Assembly (NCBI GenBank): GCA_951406725.2
Contig: OX597814.1
Location: 2,356,001-2,420,000 of the forward strand
Reading direction: 5' to 3'
Source: Octopus vulgaris
Lineage: Eukaryota
DNA length: 64,000 nucleotides
The position numbers and the translations under genes were made by a program. The first letter of the stretch is position 1; each line of letters starts with the position of its first letter. Shown piece by piece: positions 58,279 to 64,000 of the stretch. The notes under the pieces were generated by a model, which worked only from the letters and a program-made list of their open reading frames with translations, was not told the DNA's origin and ran no database searches.

Positions 58279-58353
<75 letters not shown>

Positions 58354-58419
58354 ATGTATATATATATATATTTGTATATATATATGTATATATGTGTGCG
58401 TATATATATATATATACAT

Positions 58420-58450
<31 letters not shown>

Positions 58451-58535
58451 CACAAATATTTGCATATATATTCATAAGTATACATATTCATATGCATGCA
58501 CTGTTATATATACATACATACATCGGTAGAAAGAG

Positions 58536-58580
<45 letters not shown>
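55340..58580. repeat. Microsatellite field (TAT)n, (GAT)n, (TA/CA/TG)n, (GA)n
   Basis: Direct reading. Confidence 0.92.
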
Positions 58581-58582
<2 letters not shown>

Positions 58583-58869
58583 AGAATTGGTGTTGAGAGT
58601 GAAAAAGAGCGAGAGAGGAGTCAGTGAAAAAGAAAAGGAGAGGGGCGGAGAGAGAGAGCGACATCTATAGAAAATGAAAGCGAGAAACAGTAAAAAGGAA
58701 TTAATTAATGGCATGGATAATGAGAAAGCTTTAGAAAAATTGTGAGATTGTTAGTTATGCTGATGTATACAAATGGAAATCAGTGATTTGTGTTTAGAAA
58801 CAGATTGTGGAAATTTGGATGTTAACGTTGAGAGTTCAATCTCCGTGCACGTTAGGTACGAAAGCAGCT

Positions 58870-59337
58870 TACTCTTTTACTCTTTTACTCTCTCTTTTAC
58901 TTGTTTCAGTCATTTGACTGCGGCCATGCTGGAGCACCACCTTTAATCGAGCAACTCGACCCCGGGACTTATTCTATTTGTAAGCCCAGTACTTATTCTA
59001 TCGGTCTCTTTTGCCGAACCGCTAAGTGACGGGGACGTAAACACACCAGCATCGAGTGTCAAGCAATGCTAGGGGGTACAGGTACAACAGAAACAGGAAG
59101 AAAGAGTGAGGGAAAGTTGTGGTGAAAGAGTACAGCAGGTTTCGCCACCACCCCCTGCCAGGGCATCGTTGAGATTTGGGTTTTTTCGCTCAATAAATAC
59201 TCACAATGCCCGGTTTGGGAATCGAAACCGCGATCCTAAACACACCAATATCGGCTGTCAAGTGATGGTGGGGTACAAATACATACAGATATATATATGT
59301 ATGTATATAAGCATATATATATATGTATATATATGTG

Positions 59338-59391
<54 letters not shown>

Positions 59392-59755
59392 TAAAAATAA
59401 GGATGGACGACGTGCTTAGCGTTCTGAGATCAAATTCCGCCGAGGTCGACATTGCCTTTCATCCTTTCGGGGTTGATTAAATAAGTACCAGTTACGCACA
59501 GGGGTCGATATAATCGACTTGATCCGTTTGTCTGTCCTTGTTTGTCCTCTCTGTGTTTAACCCCTTGTGGGTAGTAAAGAAATAAGTATTTCCCCCGTCG
59601 CTAGGTTCTGAATTCAAATTCCACCGAGGTTGACTTTGCCTCTCATCCTTTCGGGGTCGATTAAATAAGCACCTGTTATGCACTGGAGTCGATATGATCG
59701 ACGCAATCCCTTTGCATGTCCTTGTTTGTCACTTCTATTCTTAGCCCCCTATGGG

Positions 59756-59842
<87 letters not shown>

Positions 59843-60009
59843 ATACATACACGACGAGCTTCTTTCAGTTTTTGTTTACCAAATCCACTCTCAAGGCTTT
59901 GGTCAGCCAGTAGCTATAGTAAAAGACACCTGCCCATTGTGCAACGCTGTGGTACTGAACCCGGAACCATGTGGTTGGGAAGCAAGCTTCGTACCACGCA
60001 GCCACGCCA

Positions 60010-60083
<74 letters not shown>

Positions 60084-60122
60084 ACATATGTATATATATA
60101 TACATACATACATACATACATA

Positions 60123-60184
<62 letters not shown>

Positions 60185-60303
60185 CTCTCCCACAAAAAAA
60201 TATATGTCTTTTGTAGAAAACACCCGCCCATTGTGCCACGCTGTGGTACTGAACCCGGAACCATGTGGCTGGGAAGCATGTTCCTTACCACGCAACCACG
60301 CCT
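58870..60303. mobile_element. Nested SINE cluster: A tail (-, 58870-59077), C (-, 59078-59236), B dimer (+, 59410-59760), duplicated A heads (-, 59850-60010, 60215-60303)
   Basis: Homology to the three families. Confidence 0.85.
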
Positions 60304-60314
60304 GTATGTGTATG

Positions 60315-60345
<31 letters not shown>

Positions 60346-61079
60346 CAAATGTATGTCTTGTTTTTCCGCTAATCTTTTTTCCTTTTTGTAAATGCTACGG
60401 TAGACTTGGCTGCTATATCTAGCAGATTCTCACGTTGGTTTCTCTTTGTATCAGCAAATCTATCGGAACTTTAATATGAAAATTAAGTATAATTGTTAGA
60501 AGTTTATAAATTAAAATGAAATGATCAGGAATCGAAACCGAAGTGTGTGCGTTTACTGACGGCTTTATCCCAACGAAGCTAATCGTACGAATATTCATCG
60601 CATTGATAGAGATTCGTCTCTTAAGACGTACACGTGTCCCATGTGTTAATGGCGTGTGCACCACTTGCATGGCTTTCCATGGTGCTTATGTATTAGCCAT
60701 TACACATTCTATTAGCCTGTCTATGTTAATGAGGTGGGCGGAAAAGCAATAAAAGCGAACTTGCCTTTAAATAACACCCTGTCGTCATATCTGACAACGA
60801 AGATCTTAGCCAATATTTACATGGTGGTTTAGCCTATTTGGAGCTTGTTAAATCGTGTGCACAAAGTCCGAGCAACCGCATCTCCACTTTGAACCGTCTG
60901 TAAATGTAACTTCCACTCAACACCTTTGATTATTTGCACTAATTACCACTAACGCCCTATAATCATTTATATTTGAAACAAATAAAAAGTCTCACACTTT
61001 AACTAAGAGGACAGTTCGCATCAGTTTTTGCAAGACAACGGAGATAATATGCGTATATCAATACATACACATATACATA

Positions 61080-61790
61080 GGTATATGTGGCTGTGTGGTA
61101 AGTAGCTTGCTTACCAACCACATGGTTCTGAGTTCAGTCCCACTGCGTGGCACCTTACTATAGCCTCGGGTCGACCAAAGCCTTGTGAGTGGATTTGGTA
61201 GACGGAAACTGAAAGAAGCCCGTCGTATATGTATATATATATATATGTGTGTGTATATTTATGTATGTATTGGTTTGTGTGTCTGTATGTCCCCCCAACA
61301 TCGCATGACAACCGATGCTGATGTGTTTGCGTCGTCGTAACTTAGCGGTGCGGCAAAAGACACCGATAGAATAAGTACTAGGTTTACAAAGAGGCGCAGG
61401 AGTGGCTGTGTGGTAAGTAGCTAGCTAACCAACCACATGGTTCCGGGTTCAGTCCCACTGTGTGGCATCTTGGGCAAGTGTCTTCTGCTATAGCCCCGGG
61501 CCGACCAATGCCTTGTGAGTGGATTTGGTAGATGTAAACTGAAAGAAGCCTGTCGTATATATGTATATATGTGTATATGTATGTTTGTGTGTCTGTGTTT
61601 GTCCCCCTAGCATTTCTTGACAACCGATGCTGGTGTGTTTACGTCCCCGTTACTTAGCGGTTCGGCAAAAGAGACTGATAGAATAAGTACTGGGCTTACA
61701 AAGAATAAGTCCCGGGGTCGATTTGCTCGACTATAGGCGGTGCTCCAGCATGGCCGCAGTCAAATGACTGAAACAAGTAAATGAGTAAAA
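61080..61790 (+). mobile_element. SINE family A (61080-61392) followed in its tail by a full copy (61393-61790)
   Basis: Second head starts directly after TTACAAAGA. Confidence 0.9.
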
Positions 61791-61969
61791 AGAGAGAATA
61801 TGCACACACACACACACACACACACGTTACATATTCATTTTCCATCAATGTACATCACATGCCGATCAAGATTATTGGCAGCCAACAAAATATGTGTGTT
61901 TGAGTGCGTGTATATGTGTATAGGTGTGTATGTATGTATATATGTATGTATATGGTGGTTGTCTGCTCA

Positions 61970-62800
61970 ATAGAAAGCTTGATCATCTCACTGTCAACCA
62001 TACTCAGTCCTGGAATGAGATCTTATGTGGTTGTTTAGACCAGACGTACTTTCAGAGAGAAACTGGTCACTCCTTTTAGCGCAGCTTGAAGTGGCAGTGG
62101 CGTTTGATTTTGGTGAACCTTGAAACATTTCTTTAGACTCCGTTTGTGTTTGTATAACCTGTGGCACATATGGCATTGATGAGGGTGAAAGAAGGTATGC
62201 TCTTCTCTATCCATAAGTATGTTCTCTAATTAGAAGGAAGCGCCCTCTTGTGTTCTCTTATCTGAGATTTAAGTTCAACGTCAGGCAGACAGATTTTGTA
62301 ACAAAATATATAAGTACCAAAAGTTTCAACCAAATCCATATTTCCTCATATTTTCATCTTAATATCTATCAGTTTTAGTCCTTTTTGCTCAAACCTTTGC
62401 ACACTATCCTTTATTTTTGAGTGCAAGAAGGAGTGACCCACTGCGAGCCTTTCCCGGTTTTTTCAACAATGCCCGTATTCTTCAATTTCTCCTTCAATGA
62501 ATCCTTGAACCATTTCTTTACCTTACACTGTTTCCTTTTTTCCCTTAAACGATTTCCCCGTGAGACATTTGCTTAAGGGTACGCTCATTGCCAATGTGGA
62601 CAATATGTCCAGGCCGTCGAGTGTGATTTTTCAGAACTATTGCCCGGATGGAACAAATACCAGATGCAGAGTCAGGGGTGAATAAATTCCATATTATTTT
62701 CAGAATGCGGCCTAAGCATTTTTGATGGAATCGCTCCAAAAGTCTGAAGCGATTCTAAAAGCAGATATTTATGTTTCACTGCTGAAACGTCCCAGCAAGA
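61970..62800 (-). mobile_element. Decayed RTE-clade LINE 3' fragment
   Basis: ERFHQKCLGRILKI..W, PGHIVHIGNERTLKQMSHGE, WFKDSLK and terminal SGLNNHIRSH match RTE RT C-terminal motifs. Confidence 0.8.
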
Positions 62801-63261
62801 CAAGAGATTCTAAAAAAAAAAAAAAAACTTTGCCGCCTTTTAAATCTTTAAAGATATTTCTGAAAACAATTTTCCAACTTTATTCACTACACTCTCTAGT
62901 TATATGAAGGATTCAAAAACCTTTAGAAAATTACCTTTAATATGTATTGATATTTTAGGTCGTTGCACAACTCGACCCGCTACAGTTTGACAAAAACTAC
63001 CGTTTTCTTAAAATCTGTAGTCAAACTACAACATCACATGCTGTGTCAAATGCATAAATCAACGATTGCATCCCTTTTTCCCTATGCCTAACAAAGTTCC
63101 GGTCATCAGTATACAGTTGATCCCTCATTAGGGACGGGAAAACTTTGATCTAAGATTTTATCCATGCTAAATGAAGGATTCTTCTTGTAGTACGATATCT
63201 TACATATATCCCCTCATTTTTAACTCGAAGAGCCTGATGGAGCATAGCATTAAATATATTC

Positions 63262-63572
63262 TTTTCTTTTCTACTCTATGCACTAGGCCCGAAATTTTGG
63301 GGGAGGGGGTCAGTCGATCAGATCGACCCCAGTACGCAACTGGTACTTAATTTATCGATCCTGAAGGATGAAAGACAAAGTTGACCTCGGCGGAATTTGA
63401 ACACAGAGCGGAAAGGCAGACGAAATACCTATTTCTTTACTACCCTCAAGGGGCTAAACACAGAGAGGACAAACAAGGACAGACAAACGGATTAAATCGA
63501 TTATATCGACCCCAGTGCGTAACTGGTACTTAATTTATCGACCCCGAAATGATGAAAAGCAAAGTCGATCTC
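63262..63572 (-). mobile_element. SINE family B multimer
   Basis: Homology to other copies. Confidence 0.88.
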
Positions 63573-64000
63573 TGTTGTGTTTGGGCAGAGTCATTCTCTT
63601 TTAGTGCCTTATAATTTAACACACACACCGGTAAAATTTCCACTCATTTACTTATTTATTTTTTCTAAAATTTCCGCTGTGTCTTGCAAACTTTTCAGTA
63701 GTAGATGTCTCTGTCCGTTCTTTGAGCTGCGTGCTTTTTGTTTGTTTGTCCTTGTTTTTTTTGTTCTTTTATTCGCCATGTTCAACCGCTGAAATCAACA
63801 GTTCAACGCACGAACTCACATAAAGAATCTTGTGAACCAAATCCGAAAACGAAGGCCCCTCTTTCAAAATTCACTTGTGCATGTCGAAAAATACTTGTCC
63901 AGTACTATTCCGATCTCGTCTACAGAATTCGTATTTTTTGCGTCCAAATGATTTTAAAGACTGCGAAATAAATGATAATCAGATGGGGCAATGTCCAGCG

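Overview
Repeat-saturated, AT-rich eukaryotic non-coding DNA. The SINE families, microsatellite load and LINE types best fit a coleoid cephalopod (Octopus-like) intergenic or intronic region; this organism call is an inference. No intact protein-coding gene was found, and nearly all listed ORFs are microsatellite artefacts. Contents: three tRNA-derived SINE families in many copies, a decayed mariner transposon, R4/Dong and RTE LINE fragments, a Penelope-like (PLE) ORF relic, four non-autonomous Helitrons, a Tigger-like MITE and large microsatellite fields. The most notable signal is a set of (TA)n-embedded fold-back or tandem short elements carrying type I hammerhead ribozyme folds. One has a fully canonical core (20385-20472, minus), two face each other in a ~287-bp inverted repeat (7513-8314), and two minimal ones have compensatory stem I changes (7147, 24948). 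Also notable are a tRNA-box-containing ~265-bp inverted/tandem unit split by a Helitron, a local duplication of a splice-acceptor/exon-like segment, and a small-GTPase-like relic. Coordinates were read by eye; repeat boundaries are approximate.
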